A stretch of 64,000 bases of DNA. It comes from Candidatus Promineifilaceae bacterium. Lineage in GTDB: Bacteria; Chloroflexota; Anaerolineae; Promineifilales; Promineifilaceae. Under the pieces are notes generated by a model. It saw nothing but the letters and a program-made list of their open reading frames with translations. It was not told where the DNA came from and ran no database searches. Positions 28,990 through 38,945 of the stretch are shown here, piece by piece (within the stretch, counting starts at the first letter, position 1; each line of letters opens with the position of its first letter). The position numbers were made by a program, and so were the translations under genes. The stretch is from positions 21 to 64,020 of the forward strand of contig JAWVYQ010000001.1 in assembly GCA_033722615.1 (NCBI GenBank), read 5' to 3'.

Positions 28990-30708
28990 TCAGGCGGCTA
29001 CTTTATCGGATTCCTGATCCGCGTCTTTTTCTTCTTGTACCAGCTCTCGCTTCAAAACTTTACCCACCGTCGTTCGTGGCAACTCTTCGCGGAACTCGAT
29101 GAGGCGGGGGTATTTGTAACGGGCGAGACGCTCCTTGCTCCAGTCGATGATCTCCTCTTCCGTCGTCTGATCGCCTTCTTTTTTCACGATCCACGCTTTC
29201 ACCGTCTCTCCCCGTTTGGGATGGGGTACGCCGGCTACGGCGACTTCGACGACGGCCGGGTGTTCGGCCAACACCTCTTCTACCTCGCGCGGGTAGATGT
29301 TGTAGCCGCCGGCGATGATCATATCCTTCTTCCGATCTTCGATGTAGAAGTAGCCGTCTTCGTCCATGCGGGCGATGTCACCCGTATACAGCCAGCCGTC
29401 GCGCAGGACGTTGGCGGTCTCGGTGGGCATTTCCCAGTAGCCGGTCATAATGCTGGGGCTCTTAAGGATCAGCTCGCCGATTTCACCCACCGGCACGTCG
29501 TTGTCCCCATTCTCTGGGTCGACGACGCGCGCCTCTACGTTGGGAATGGGCAGACCGATGCCCGGCCGGTTCTCCCCGTAAACGGGATTAGCGTGGGTGA
29601 CAACGTGGGCTTCTGTCAGGCCGTATCCTTCCACCAGCTTCGCCCCGGAAATCTCCTCGAAACGCCGCTTCGTTTCCAGGAGCAGGGGGGCTGAGCCGGA
29701 GATACAGGCGCGGATGGAGGTCAGGTCGTACTTGCCCGCTGCGACGTCCGGGTTGTTATTGATGGCAATGTACATTGCCGGGACGCCGGGGAAAATGGTC
29801 GGTTTATATTTGTTGATGCTGCCCAGCACGTCCTTCTGGTCGCGCGGGTCGGGGATGGCGACGACGGTCGCCGCCACGGCCATTGCCAGATTCATGACCG
29901 TTACCATCCCGTATGAATGGAAGAAGGGAATGGCTCCCAGAATGACCTCGTTGGCCTCTTCCAGGTCCGTGAGCCACGATTTGACCATGATGGTATTGGC
30001 CACCAGATTACGGTGGAGGGCGACGGCTCCTTTCGCCAGGCCGGTGGTGCCACCCGTGTACTGCAGCAGGGCGACGTCCTCCGCAGACACCTCGACCTCG
30101 GCCGGCGGCGCCTGGCGGCCGGCGGCGATAACATCCTGGAACCACAGGTCGCCCGGTTCCAGCGTTACGGCGTGCCCCTCTTGCTTCTCTTTGAGAAGCG
30201 TGAAGAGCATCTTCAGGTGAAGGGGAAGGTATTCTTTGATATTGGTGACGACGACGCGCTTGACGTTCGTGCGGCCCTTCTTCTGAACGCTCTTCAACCG
30301 TTCGTAGAAGAGGGTCATGACGAATACGGTCTCCGCCCCGCAGTCCATCAGTTGGTGCTCCAATTCCCGCTCTGAATAGAGGGGGTTGGTGGCGATGACG
30401 ATACCACCGGCCTTCAGCACGCCAAAATAAGAAACGACGAACTGCGGCGTGTTTGACATGAAGAGGACGGCCCGGTCCCCCTTCTGGAAGCCGTTGGCCG
30501 CCAGAAAAGCGGCTACGGCGTCGGCCATCTCGTTCAGCTCACCGTAAGATAACCGGTTTCCCTTAAAGATGATGGCCGTTTCGTTCGGATGGTTCCGGGC
30601 AGCCTGCTCCAGAAAGGCGTGCAGCGTGTGGTCCGGGACGTCAATTTCGAGCGGCACGCCTTCGTCGTAATGTGCTTGCCAGGGCTTTTGGGCATAATGG
30701 GCGCTCAT
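28990..30708 (-). CDS. fadD: long-chain fatty acid-CoA ligase (AMP-dependent synthetase)
   Basis: AMP-binding signature LLQYTGGTTGLAKGAVALHRN, plus GYGLTE, TGDIARMDEDGYFYIEDRKKDMI and the C-terminal PRTTVGKVLKRELV. Confidence 0.88.
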   Translation of the reverse strand: MSAHYAQKPWQAHYDEGVPLEIDVPDHTLHAFLEQAARNHPNETAIIFKGNRLSYGELNEMADAVAAFLAANGFQKGDRAVLFMSNTPQFVVSYFGVLKAGGIVIATNPLYSERELEHQLMDCGAETVFVMTLFYERLKSVQKKGRTNVKRVVVTNIKEYLPLHLKMLFTLLKEKQEGHAVTLEPGDLWFQDVIAAGRQAPPAEVEVSAEDVALLQYTGGTTGLAKGAVALHRNLVANTIMVKSWLTDLEEANEVILGAIPFFHSYGMVTVMNLAMAVAATVVAIPDPRDQKDVLGSINKYKPTIFPGVPAMYIAINNNPDVAAGKYDLTSIRACISGSAPLLLETKRRFEEISGAKLVEGYGLTEAHVVTHANPVYGENRPGIGLPIPNVEARVVDPENGDNDVPVGEIGELILKSPSIMTGYWEMPTETANVLRDGWLYTGDIARMDEDGYFYIEDRKKDMIIAGGYNIYPREVEEVLAEHPAVVEVAVAGVPHPKRGETVKAWIVKKEGDQTTEEEIIDWSKERLARYKYPRLIEFREELPRTTVGKVLKRELVQEEKDADQESDKVAA

Positions 30709-30896
30709 GGCAACTCCTCCTCATCGTACAGCAGTGGATGTCGCTTGCAATCAAGGCTTATCGTTGTGCAAGACGGGATAAAACGAGCGAGGCAGCCCGG
30801 TATCAACAGTGCCTTTATGTTTATGCTGCCCTGCGTCATAGATAAGTATACTTGTCGCGGGGGGGCTATGTCAATCTCAGAAATTGACCGATTTGC

Positions 30897-31694
30897 CTAT
30901 ACTTCCTGGGGGATCATGCCTTCTTTTTCCAGTTTCTCTACCGACTCTTCCCAGCCGGGCGGCCGGTTCTCCCGAAAGGCTTCTATCTCCGCTTCCACGT
31001 CGTACTCCACGTACACGTGTTCCACGTCCCACGGTCCGCCATCCCAGGTGAGGAGGCCGTATTTGGCCCGCGGATCGCCGTCCCCCGGCATGCTGACTGA
31101 GCTGACGTTGACCAGTGTGAAGCCGCCCCATGACCGCACGGAGGGCACATGGAGGTGGCCAAAGGCCAGGACGTCCGTTACCACGTTGTCCAGCAACTGC
31201 TCCAGCTCTCCGTCCGGTTGCCGGATCCGGCCGTACAGCTTTTCCTGGGTTGCTTCCGGCGGAAAGATGATCTGGTTAACGTCTTTGGGGTTGGCGTGAA
31301 CGACGAACAGATCGTGCTGGGGGTTGACAGTGGGAGAGATGCGACGGTGGAACGGCAGCTCTCGCAACCAGGCGCGGTCCATCGCCGGCAGCTGCTCTCG
31401 CGTCCAGGAGGCGATATCGTGGATCTGCTGCCGCCGTTGCCGTTCCTCTTCCTCGATATCGTCGGAAAGGAGCGGCGGGCCGTCGATCCACCGGTCGGTG
31501 TTGCCGTAGAGGCAGGCTATCTCGTCGTCTCGCTCGCGGATCGACTTGAGACACGCCTCCGGCCGGGGGCCGAAGAGGCAGAGGTCGCCGGCGAAGATGA
31601 TGGCCTCAACGTCTTCCCGGCCGTCGATGTCCGCCAGGACGGCTTCCAGTGCGGTCAGGTTGCCGTGTACGTCAGAGAAAATTGCAACGCGCAT
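30897..31694 (-). CDS. metallophosphoesterase family protein
   Basis: MRVAIFSDVHGN, AGDL, GNTD and GHLHVP are the calcineurin-like phosphoesterase metal-ligand motifs. Confidence 0.8.
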   Translation of the reverse strand: MRVAIFSDVHGNLTALEAVLADIDGREDVEAIIFAGDLCLFGPRPEACLKSIRERDDEIACLYGNTDRWIDGPPLLSDDIEEEERQRRQQIHDIASWTREQLPAMDRAWLRELPFHRRISPTVNPQHDLFVVHANPKDVNQIIFPPEATQEKLYGRIRQPDGELEQLLDNVVTDVLAFGHLHVPSVRSWGGFTLVNVSSVSMPGDGDPRAKYGLLTWDGGPWDVEHVYVEYDVEAEIEAFRENRPPGWEESVEKLEKEGMIPQEV

Positions 31695-31813
31695 GATGAC
31701 TCCTGCCGAAAAAGGTCAAGAATTCAGGTTGTGGTCGACCGACTTCTCCAGCAAGTGGATACGGTCGCTGGGAGTAGATCGGCTTTTCGAGTGGGCTTGA
31801 TGCTCTGCCCTCA

Positions 31814-32674
31814 TTATAGAGTGGGCGTCTCCCCCTGTCCATGATCGGGCTCTCCTTCCCTGGCCCGTTCCTCCGCCAGAATCTGGCGCAACGTCTCGCG
31901 CCGCGCTGCGCCGCTTAAGGTCTCAAGCGCACGCACGCCGAGGGGATCGATCTCCTCGCGTAGCAGGCGTAACTCCCCGGCCGACGGCGGTTCCGTTTCC
32001 GGAACGTCGTCGGGCACGATCGGGTCAAATCCTGTCTTGGCCTGGACACGCTCCAGGGACACACCCGGATGGAGGCTGACCAGGCGCATCCGTCCACTTT
32101 CCGGCTCGAAGTCAAACTGGCCGAGGTCGGAAACCAGGTAGCGGGGGCCATAACCGGCGCGGCGGACTGGATGGTGTCCGAGCCCGCTGCGGAAGTCAAG
32201 CTCCTCGACAAAGGTGTGCCGGCCGTGGCGGGGTACGTAGAGGTAGACCTTTTCCTCAAAGACCGTCACGTCGGGAATGCCACCTGACCCCGGCAGACGC
32301 AGGCGCGGGTTATCGTAGGTGCCCCCCATGTAGACGTTGTTGAAGTTGCCGTAGGCGTCCACCTGGCCGGGGCGGAAGAACTCCTTAGGACCGAAGCGCG
32401 GGAGCAGGTCGCTGGCTGCCTGCACGAAGCCCACCGTCAACAACCCCTTGCCGATCCATAGCCGCTCGATGGTGGCCACGCCTAACGGTGCCCACTCGCG
32501 GCACAATGCCTGGCCGATGGCTGAAATGAACGTTATCTCCGGCGCGTGCGTGAGCTTGGCCAGGAGGTAACCGGACGCCACCAGCGGGGTGGCGATGCCC
32601 TGAGCCACCACTTCCCCATCTTCAATCTGGCGACTGATGCAGACGGCCATCAATTCGTCAACTGTGTAGGACAT
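31814..32674 (-). CDS. CoA-transferase subunit B (glutaconate/3-oxoacid CoA-transferase family)
   Basis: MSYTVDELMAVCISRQIEDGEVVAQGIATPLV is a typical beta-subunit N-terminus. An alternative ATG at 32692 would overlap subunit A by 16 nt. Confidence 0.8.
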   Translation of the reverse strand: MSYTVDELMAVCISRQIEDGEVVAQGIATPLVASGYLLAKLTHAPEITFISAIGQALCREWAPLGVATIERLWIGKGLLTVGFVQAASDLLPRFGPKEFFRPGQVDAYGNFNNVYMGGTYDNPRLRLPGSGGIPDVTVFEEKVYLYVPRHGRHTFVEELDFRSGLGHHPVRRAGYGPRYLVSDLGQFDFEPESGRMRLVSLHPGVSLERVQAKTGFDPIVPDDVPETEPPSAGELRLLREEIDPLGVRALETLSGAARRETLRQILAEERAREGEPDHGQGETPTL

Positions 32675-32676
32675 CG

Positions 32677-33471
32677 TCAGCTTTCCGTCCATTGTCCTTG
32701 AACGTAGTCGTCGAAGTGACCGGCGTTGCAGGCAGCGATGTAGCGTAATATCTCCTCGCCATCCACCGGGTAAAGGGGGTAGCAGGAGGTGGGCCAGGCC
32801 CCGCGCGGCGCGTGTACGACGGCCGTCACCGGCTGGCCGGCCAGATCGATCGGGCCGTCGAGTTGCTCCACGACCTCCTCGGCTGTGAGGATCACTTCGT
32901 CAGCCACCAGCGTCAACTCCAGGTCGATCGTGGGATTGCCCCCCAGGACGGCGTTGCCAAAGGCGTCTGCCTTGAGCACGTGGATTACGCTGGCGTCGCA
33001 ACGGATGGCGGGGAAGGCGGTCAGTGGCTCGTCGCCATAAGGGTCGGTGATGGTCTGTACGTCCGGCCGGGCTTTGAACATGTCGGTCCCCTGCCAGGCG
33101 CGGCTGGGCATGAAGCCGACGCCCGCCATTTGGGCCCGCAGCCCGCTGGCAATGCTCGCTTCGCTTTCCTCGACAATCTCTATCTGGCCGGCATTTGCCT
33201 TCTGCGTAAACATCGGTGCCAGGCCAAAGGTCTCCAGGCCAAAGTAGCAGGTGCGCGTGCGCACCACGAGCCCGGCTCCCACCAGGAGGTCGGCGGCGAA
33301 GCCGCCGGTAAAAGCAAGGAGGGTGAGATCGCGTGGCGGCCCTCCCTGCGCGACGAGGGCGCGCGCAAAGGCCACCGGTCGCCGGTAAATGGTCATGCCC
33401 CCCAGGGCCAGCGTCTGACCCTCTCCAATACGCTCCGCTGCCTCGCGCAGCGACGTTCTCTTATCCTTCAT
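32677..33471 (-). CDS. CoA-transferase subunit A
   Basis: MKDKRTSLREAAERIGEGQTLALGGMTIYRRP is a typical alpha-subunit N-terminus. It is adjacent to and co-oriented with subunit B. Confidence 0.8.
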   Translation of the reverse strand: MKDKRTSLREAAERIGEGQTLALGGMTIYRRPVAFARALVAQGGPPRDLTLLAFTGGFAADLLVGAGLVVRTRTCYFGLETFGLAPMFTQKANAGQIEIVEESEASIASGLRAQMAGVGFMPSRAWQGTDMFKARPDVQTITDPYGDEPLTAFPAIRCDASVIHVLKADAFGNAVLGGNPTIDLELTLVADEVILTAEEVVEQLDGPIDLAGQPVTAVVHAPRGAWPTSCYPLYPVDGEEILRYIAACNAGHFDDYVQGQWTES

Positions 33472-33483
33472 CGAGTTGAGTAG

Positions 33484-34449
33484 TTACTGCTCTCGCTCGA
33501 CGATGCTATCGATCAGGCGGTCCATCTCCTGGCGGACGGGGGAGTCGGGGAGACGGGAGAGCGCCTGTCGCGCGCGGCCGGCCATTTCCTCTGCCTGGAC
33601 TCGGGCCACCTCTACGGCGCCCGATTCGCGCAGACTAAGCATCAACTTCTGAAACGGATCGGCTTCCGCTTCGGCCACCTGGCCGTCGCCCTGGGCCACC
33701 TTATTTCCATTCTGAAGCATGGCGACGCCCGTGCCCTGAACTACGTCGGCGCCTACCGGCTTGCCCATCTTTTCGGGGTCGCCGGTAATGTCCAGAATGT
33801 CGTCTACAATCTGAAAGGCGAGGCCCAGCCGGTAACCGTATTCGCTTAGGGCGTCGAGCATCTCCTCGTCGGCGCCCGCCAGCAGGCCGCCCATCCGGGC
33901 GGAGGCTCTGAAGAGACTGGCCGTCTTACGGGAGATAATCTCCTTATACGTTTCCCGGTCCATCTGGCCGGATTTGGCGGCTGCGGCCTGTAGCGTTTCT
34001 CCCTCCACCAGTTGCACAGTGGCGTCGGCCATGATCACGTTGAAAACGTCGCCATATGGGGCCATCATTTCGTAGACTTTGGTAAACAGATAATCCCCGG
34101 TGAGTAGGGCGAAGGTGCGCCCCCACCGGGCGTGGACCGTGATCCGGCCCCGGCGCGTCAGGCTGTGGTCGTTGATGTCATCGTGGACTAATGTGGCAGT
34201 GTGAACGAGTTCGACGGCGGCTGCAAGCGACACCGCCGATTCGATGTCCTTGCCGCCGGCCGCGAGGTAGGAAAGGAACACCAGGCGCGGTCGTACTCGC
34301 TTTCCTCCTGATTCGATGATGTGGCGGCTGGCTTCATCCAGAACTGTGACGTCGCTTTTTACGACGGAGCGCAGCTTTTCCTCAACCGCCTCCAGCCCCT
34401 TCGTCAATACCTCATTAGTCATAATGTTCGCCTCGTTCACAACTTTCAA
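33484..34449 (-). CDS. polyprenyl diphosphate synthase (trans-isoprenyl diphosphate synthase family)
   Basis: First and second Asp-rich motifs LVHDDINDH and FQIVDDILD. The start could be ATG 34422 instead. Confidence 0.88.
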   Translation of the reverse strand: MKVVNEANIMTNEVLTKGLEAVEEKLRSVVKSDVTVLDEASRHIIESGGKRVRPRLVFLSYLAAGGKDIESAVSLAAAVELVHTATLVHDDINDHSLTRRGRITVHARWGRTFALLTGDYLFTKVYEMMAPYGDVFNVIMADATVQLVEGETLQAAAAKSGQMDRETYKEIISRKTASLFRASARMGGLLAGADEEMLDALSEYGYRLGLAFQIVDDILDITGDPEKMGKPVGADVVQGTGVAMLQNGNKVAQGDGQVAEAEADPFQKLMLSLRESGAVEVARVQAEEMAGRARQALSRLPDSPVRQEMDRLIDSIVEREQ

Positions 34450-34640
34450 TTTTTTTTGAATACATTATAGAGTTAGTCACATTATAAAATGGCAAAGTGG
34501 TCCAGTCAAGGAGATTGTGAAAGAAAACGCAATCGTTTCACCCCTTTCTAACTCCTTTCTTTGCCCTGACTCCGCAGATGTTATAATCGGGAGCGATAAG
34601 TCGTAGGCCCACGCTGAGCCTACAATAGATTATACGGGTA

Positions 34641-36233
34641 ATGTCCATAATGACTAAATCCTGTCACGACGCTATTGTCGTCCTCGATTACGGTTCGCAA
34701 TACGCACGGTTGATCGCTCGCCGCGTGCGCGAGGCCAACGTGTACTGCGAGATTTTTTCTTGGCGAACCGATCCACAGGAAGTAATGGCCCTGGATCCGC
34801 GGGGGTTCATCCTCAGCGGTGGGCCGAACAGCGTCTACGACAGGCACGCACCGACGCTGCCCGGATACGTGCTTGAGAGCGGACGGCCGGTGCTCGGCAT
34901 TTGTTACGGCATGCAGTTGTTAGCGCACGCCCTGGGCGGCCGCGTCGCCGGCAGCCAGAAGCGGGAGTATGGGCCGGCCCTCTTGCAGGTCGACGAGCCC
35001 CAAAATCCGTTGTTTAACGGCTGGCAAAAGACGGCCGACAGTGCGCGCGGCCTGAATCCCCGGCAGGTGTGGATGAGCCACGGCGACAAAGTCGAAGCGT
35101 TGCCCCCGGGTTTCCAGCCTCTGGCCCATACGCGCAACTCTCCCTACGCGGCCGCCGCCGATCCCGATCGTGCCTATTATGCCGTGCAATTCCATCCGGA
35201 GGTGGCCCATACGACTCAGGGCAGCCGGCTGTTGCAGAACTTCGTCTACCACATTTGTGGTTGCCAGGCAGATTGGACGCCGGCTAATTTCATCGAGGAG
35301 CAGGTGGCGCAGATTCGGCAACAGGTAGGCCAGGGACGCATCGTCCTCGGCCTTAGCGGCGGCGTCGATTCGGCCGTTGCCGCTTCCCTCATTCACCGCG
35401 CCGTCGGCGATCAGTTGACGTGTATTTTCGTCAATCACGGTCTCCTGCGCCGGGAAGAGGCAGAACAGGTCGTCGAGACCTTTGAGCGCGAGCAGGGCAT
35501 GCACCTGGTGGCCGTCAATGCGGTGGAGGAGATGATGGAGGCGCTGGCGGGCGTCGCCGATCCGGAAGCGAAACGGCGCGTCATCGGCGAACGTTTTGTG
35601 CGCATTTTCGAGCGCGAGGCTGCCCGCCTGGGCCGGATCGATTTTCTGGCGCAGGGCACCATCTACCCGGACGTCATCGAGAGCGCCAGCGACGACCGGC
35701 CGGAGGCGCACACCATCAAGACCCATCATAACGTGGGAGGGCTGCCGGAGGAGATCCGCTTCGAGCTGGTGGAGCCTTTGCGCCTGTTGTTTAAGGATGA
35801 GGTGCGCCGTATCGGCCTTCAGCTTGGGTTGCCGGACAACATCATCTGGCGGCAGCCGTTCCCCGGTCCGGGGCTCGCCATTCGCTGTCTAGGGCCCGTC
35901 ACGTGGGAGCGGTTGGAACGGCTGCGGGCGGCCGACGCCATCTGGACGGGAGAGTTGCGCCGGGCCAGCATGTTGCGCCACGATACGCAGCAGGCCTTTG
36001 CCGTGCTCCTGCCCGTCAGGAGCGTGGGAGTGATGGGCGACGGCCGGACTTACGAAGAGGTCATTGCCCTGCGCGCAGTGACCACCGACGATTTCATGAC
36101 GGCCGACTGGGCCCGCCTGCCGCACGATCTCCTCGCGCGCGCCAGCCGGCGCATCGTCAACGAGGTTCCCGGCGTCAACCGTGTCGTTTACGACGTCACG
36201 TCTAAACCGCCGGGAACGATTGAATGGGAGTAA
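34641..36233 (+). CDS. guaA: GMP synthase (glutamine-hydrolysing)
   Basis: GATase motifs ICYGMQL and HPE. PP-loop [12 protein letters not shown]-terminal dimerisation domain ending KPPGTIEWE. Confidence 0.95.
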   Translation: MSIMTKSCHDAIVVLDYGSQYARLIARRVREANVYCEIFSWRTDPQEVMALDPRGFILSGGPNSVYDRHAPTLPGYVLESGRPVLGICYGMQLLAHALGGRVAGSQKREYGPALLQVDEPQNPLFNGWQKTADSARGLNPRQVWMSHGDKVEALPPGFQPLAHTRNSPYAAAADPDRAYYAVQFHPEVAHTTQGSRLLQNFVYHICGCQADWTPANFIEEQVAQIRQQVGQGRIVLGLSGGVDSAVAASLIHRAVGDQLTCIFVNHGLLRREEAEQVVETFEREQGMHLVAVNAVEEMMEALAGVADPEAKRRVIGERFVRIFEREAARLGRIDFLAQGTIYPDVIESASDDRPEAHTIKTHHNVGGLPEEIRFELVEPLRLLFKDEVRRIGLQLGLPDNIIWRQPFPGPGLAIRCLGPVTWERLERLRAADAIWTGELRRASMLRHDTQQAFAVLLPVRSVGVMGDGRTYEEVIALRAVTTDDFMTADWARLPHDLLARASRRIVNEVPGVNRVVYDVTSKPPGTIEWE

Positions 36234-36244
36234 AAGGAGCAGCC

Positions 36245-37261
36245 ATGACCAATTCAACGCCACAAATGACGCGCATTCTGGGTATTGAGACGTCCTGCGA
36301 CGAGACGGCCGCCTCGGTGGTGGAAAACGGCGTGTCGATTCTGAGCAACATCATCGCCAGCCAGACCGACCTTCACGCTCGCTACGGCGGCGTCTTCCCC
36401 GAGGTCGCTTCGCGCAAGCACGTGGAGGTCATCCACGACGTGGTCCAGAGGGCCATGCGTGAAGCGTATCTCGGATTTGAAGATCTCGACTGCATTGCCG
36501 TGACCAGAGGCCCGGGTCTGGTGGGATCCTTGCTCGTGGGCCTCAACGTGGCCAAGGGACTGGCGCTGGCGCGCGACATCCCGTTGTTGGGCGTCAACCA
36601 TATCGAGGGGCACGTTTACTCTCTGTGGCTGACGGACGCGGCGCCCAAGATCGAGTTCCCCATCCTGACGCTGGTGGTCAGCGGTGGGCATACTGAATTG
36701 CTCCTGATGCCCGGCCACCTGCAATACCGTTATCTGGGCGGCACGCTGGACGACGCGGCCGGTGAGGCTTTCGACAAGGTGGGCCGGTTGCTGGGCCTTT
36801 CTTATCCCGGCGGCCCGGCCATTGATGCTGCTTCGGAGAAGGGCAGCCCAAACGCTTTCCCCTTTCCGCGAGCCATCCTCGACGAGGGATACGACTTTAG
36901 CTTCAGCGGATTGAAGACGGCGGTCTTGCGTGAAACCCAGCGTTACGATGAGGACCGCCTGCCTGTGTATGACCTGGCTGCCAGCTTCCAGGCGGCCGTC
37001 GTTGACGTTCTTGTGGAGAAGACGGCCCGCGCCGCCGAAGAACACGAGGTGACGGCCGTGCACGTGGCCGGGGGCGTTTCCGCCAACCGCGCCCTACGCC
37101 AGGCTATGGCCGAGCGCCTCGACATCCCCGTCCGTTATCCGCCGCCCATTCTCTGTACGGATAATGCCGCCATGATAGCCGCCGCTGCTCATTGGCGTTT
37201 CATCAACGGCGAACGGGATACCCTTGACCTCGACGTGACGCCCAGCCTGCAACTGGTCTGA
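36245..37261 (+). CDS. tsaD: tRNA N6-adenosine threonylcarbamoyltransferase
   Basis: ATG at 36245 follows AAAGGAG. Motifs ILGIETSCDET, GVNHIEGH, VSGGHT and VAGGVSAN. Confidence 0.93.
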   Translation: MTNSTPQMTRILGIETSCDETAASVVENGVSILSNIIASQTDLHARYGGVFPEVASRKHVEVIHDVVQRAMREAYLGFEDLDCIAVTRGPGLVGSLLVGLNVAKGLALARDIPLLGVNHIEGHVYSLWLTDAAPKIEFPILTLVVSGGHTELLLMPGHLQYRYLGGTLDDAAGEAFDKVGRLLGLSYPGGPAIDAASEKGSPNAFPFPRAILDEGYDFSFSGLKTAVLRETQRYDEDRLPVYDLAASFQAAVVDVLVEKTARAAEEHEVTAVHVAGGVSANRALRQAMAERLDIPVRYPPPILCTDNAAMIAAAAHWRFINGERDTLDLDVTPSLQLV

Positions 37262-37304
37262 TAAATTGGAAAGTGAACGGACATAAGAATTGGAGGAATG
37301 ACCT

Positions 37305-37841
37305 ATGCGTAAAACGTCCTTATCACGCACCATCACATTTCTGCTGATATTTCTGCTCGCCGTGCTGGGGGTAGTCGCCGCCCTCTCCACCACCGGGGCC
37401 GATCCTTCTCTGGCACAGACGTTGCCCACACGCACACCCACGCCGTCCAATTATCTGCCGGTTATCCTCCAGGAATATCCTTCTGCCTTCCAGCCGCAGG
37501 TCGGAGCGCCGACGTACGCGGCCGGTGAGGCTTGCGGCGGCACTGTGATGGCCGGCGTCGTTCACGACCTATCGGGGCAACCGGTTTCTGCCGACCGTTT
37601 CCGCGTCCACGTCTGGGGTAGCGGCGTCGACGCCCGCGTGCCCGTAGGCAGCGCGCCGGAAGTTGGTCCGGCCGCCTGGGAAGTGACCCTCTCCGAATCG
37701 CTCGCTGCCGGCCGTTACTCGCTCCAGTTGGAGCTGGCCGACGGCGCCGTCGTCTCGCCCATCGTGCGAGTCGAGAGCCGCGCCGAATGCAATCAGAATC
37801 TGATCCGCTTCGACTTCGTTCAGGTCCACGAACTGGAGTGA
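37305..37841 (+). CDS. hypothetical secreted or membrane-anchored protein
   Basis: GGAGGA RBS upstream. N-terminal signal-like TITFLLIFLLAVLGVVAAL. I recognise no family. Its stop overlaps the trpA start (TGATG). Confidence 0.6.
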   Translation: MRKTSLSRTITFLLIFLLAVLGVVAALSTTGADPSLAQTLPTRTPTPSNYLPVILQEYPSAFQPQVGAPTYAAGEACGGTVMAGVVHDLSGQPVSADRFRVHVWGSGVDARVPVGSAPEVGPAAWEVTLSESLAAGRYSLQLELADGAVVSPIVRVESRAECNQNLIRFDFVQVHELE

Positions 37842-38656
37842 TGAGCGAAACCGTAACGCGTTCCGGCCGGGCGCGCATCGCCGCCGCTTTCGCGCGGGCC
37901 CGCGCGCAACGCGCCGCGGCCCTTATGCCCTATTACACGTTGGGTTACCCGGACAGGGAGGCGTCGCTGGCCATCGTCGAGGCCATCAGCCCCCATAGTG
38001 ACCTATTGGAGCTGGGCGTTCCTTTTAGCGATCCGCTGGCCGATGGCCCGACCATCCAGCATAGCACCCACCAGGCCCTGGAAGCGGGGACGACGACGGC
38101 CGGCTGTCTGGAGATGGTGCAGACGTTGCGGTCGCGGGGCGTCCAGACGCCGGCCATGCTTATGGGTTACTACAATCCCATCCTCGCCTATGGGGAAGAG
38201 CGGTACGTGCACGACGCGGCCGAGGCCGGGGCGGACGGTTTCATCGTGCCCGATCTCCCTCCCGAAGAGGCGGATACGCTGGAGGCGGTCGCCGATGAGG
38301 TCGGCCTGGCCCTCATCCACTTCCTCGCTCCGACCAGCAGCCCACGACGGGTCGAGCAGGTGTTGGCCCGCGCCCGAGGCTTCATCTACATGGTCAGTCT
38401 CACGGGGGTGACGGGCACCGGCGCCGGCCCTGCCAGCGGTCTCGCCGACTTCGTCGAGGGAGTACGCGCTCGCGCCCGAGTGCCCGTCGCCGTCGGCTTT
38501 GGCATCAGCACGCCCGCCCAGGCAGCAACCGTGGCTGCATACGCCGACGGCGTCATCGTCGGCAGCGCCCTGATCCGCGCCGTGGACGCGAGCGAGAGTG
38601 ACCGGCCGGGCGCGGCCGCCGCTTTCGTCCAGGCTCTGCGTGCGGGTTTGCGGTAA
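37841..38656 (+). CDS. trpA: tryptophan synthase alpha chain
   Basis: LMPYYTLGYPD, LELGVPFSDPLADGPTIQ and GFGIS motifs. The ATG at 37841 overlaps the upstream stop by 1 nt. Confidence 0.9.
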   Translation: MSETVTRSGRARIAAAFARARAQRAAALMPYYTLGYPDREASLAIVEAISPHSDLLELGVPFSDPLADGPTIQHSTHQALEAGTTTAGCLEMVQTLRSRGVQTPAMLMGYYNPILAYGEERYVHDAAEAGADGFIVPDLPPEEADTLEAVADEVGLALIHFLAPTSSPRRVEQVLARARGFIYMVSLTGVTGTGAGPASGLADFVEGVRARARVPVAVGFGISTPAQAATVAAYADGVIVGSALIRAVDASESDRPGAAAAFVQALRAGLR

Positions 38657-38660
38657 AGTT

Positions 38661-38685
38661 CGTACATTTGTGCGCAAATTGTACG
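38661..38685 (+). terminator. imperfect hairpin directly after trpA stop (possible terminator or operator-like palindrome)
   Basis: cgtaca-tttgtgcgcaaa-t-tgtacg lies 5 nt after the TAA. The stem is ~10 bp with one bulge, and there is no U-tract. Confidence 0.3.
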
Positions 38686-38945
38686 GTCGAGCCGCCACCT
38701 TCCACGAGCCTCCTGCCTTTCTTTCTCTCTCTGACCAGACGGCGTCGCGTCCGGACGCCAACCGTATTTGAGTTCTGTAAGAGCGCGGCGGCCGCGAGTG
38801 AATGGCTGCCGCCTTTCATGTATCATGGAAAGTGTGGCGGCCGGCAGCAAATGGCCGGCGTCGAAAAGGTTCATCGAAGTCATTCGCTTTCCGCCCACTT
38901 CAGCCCTTCAAACTTCAGCCCACTTACACAAACGAGGAGAATCGT

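Noticed and set aside
34582-34634. Possible purine (guanine) riboswitch upstream of guaA.
   Set aside because: It is rejected as a classical purine riboswitch. It has only two helices within 53 nt, no three-way junction and none of the conserved J1/2, J2/3 or loop-loop nucleotides. It is kept only as an unclassified structured-leader candidate in the findings.
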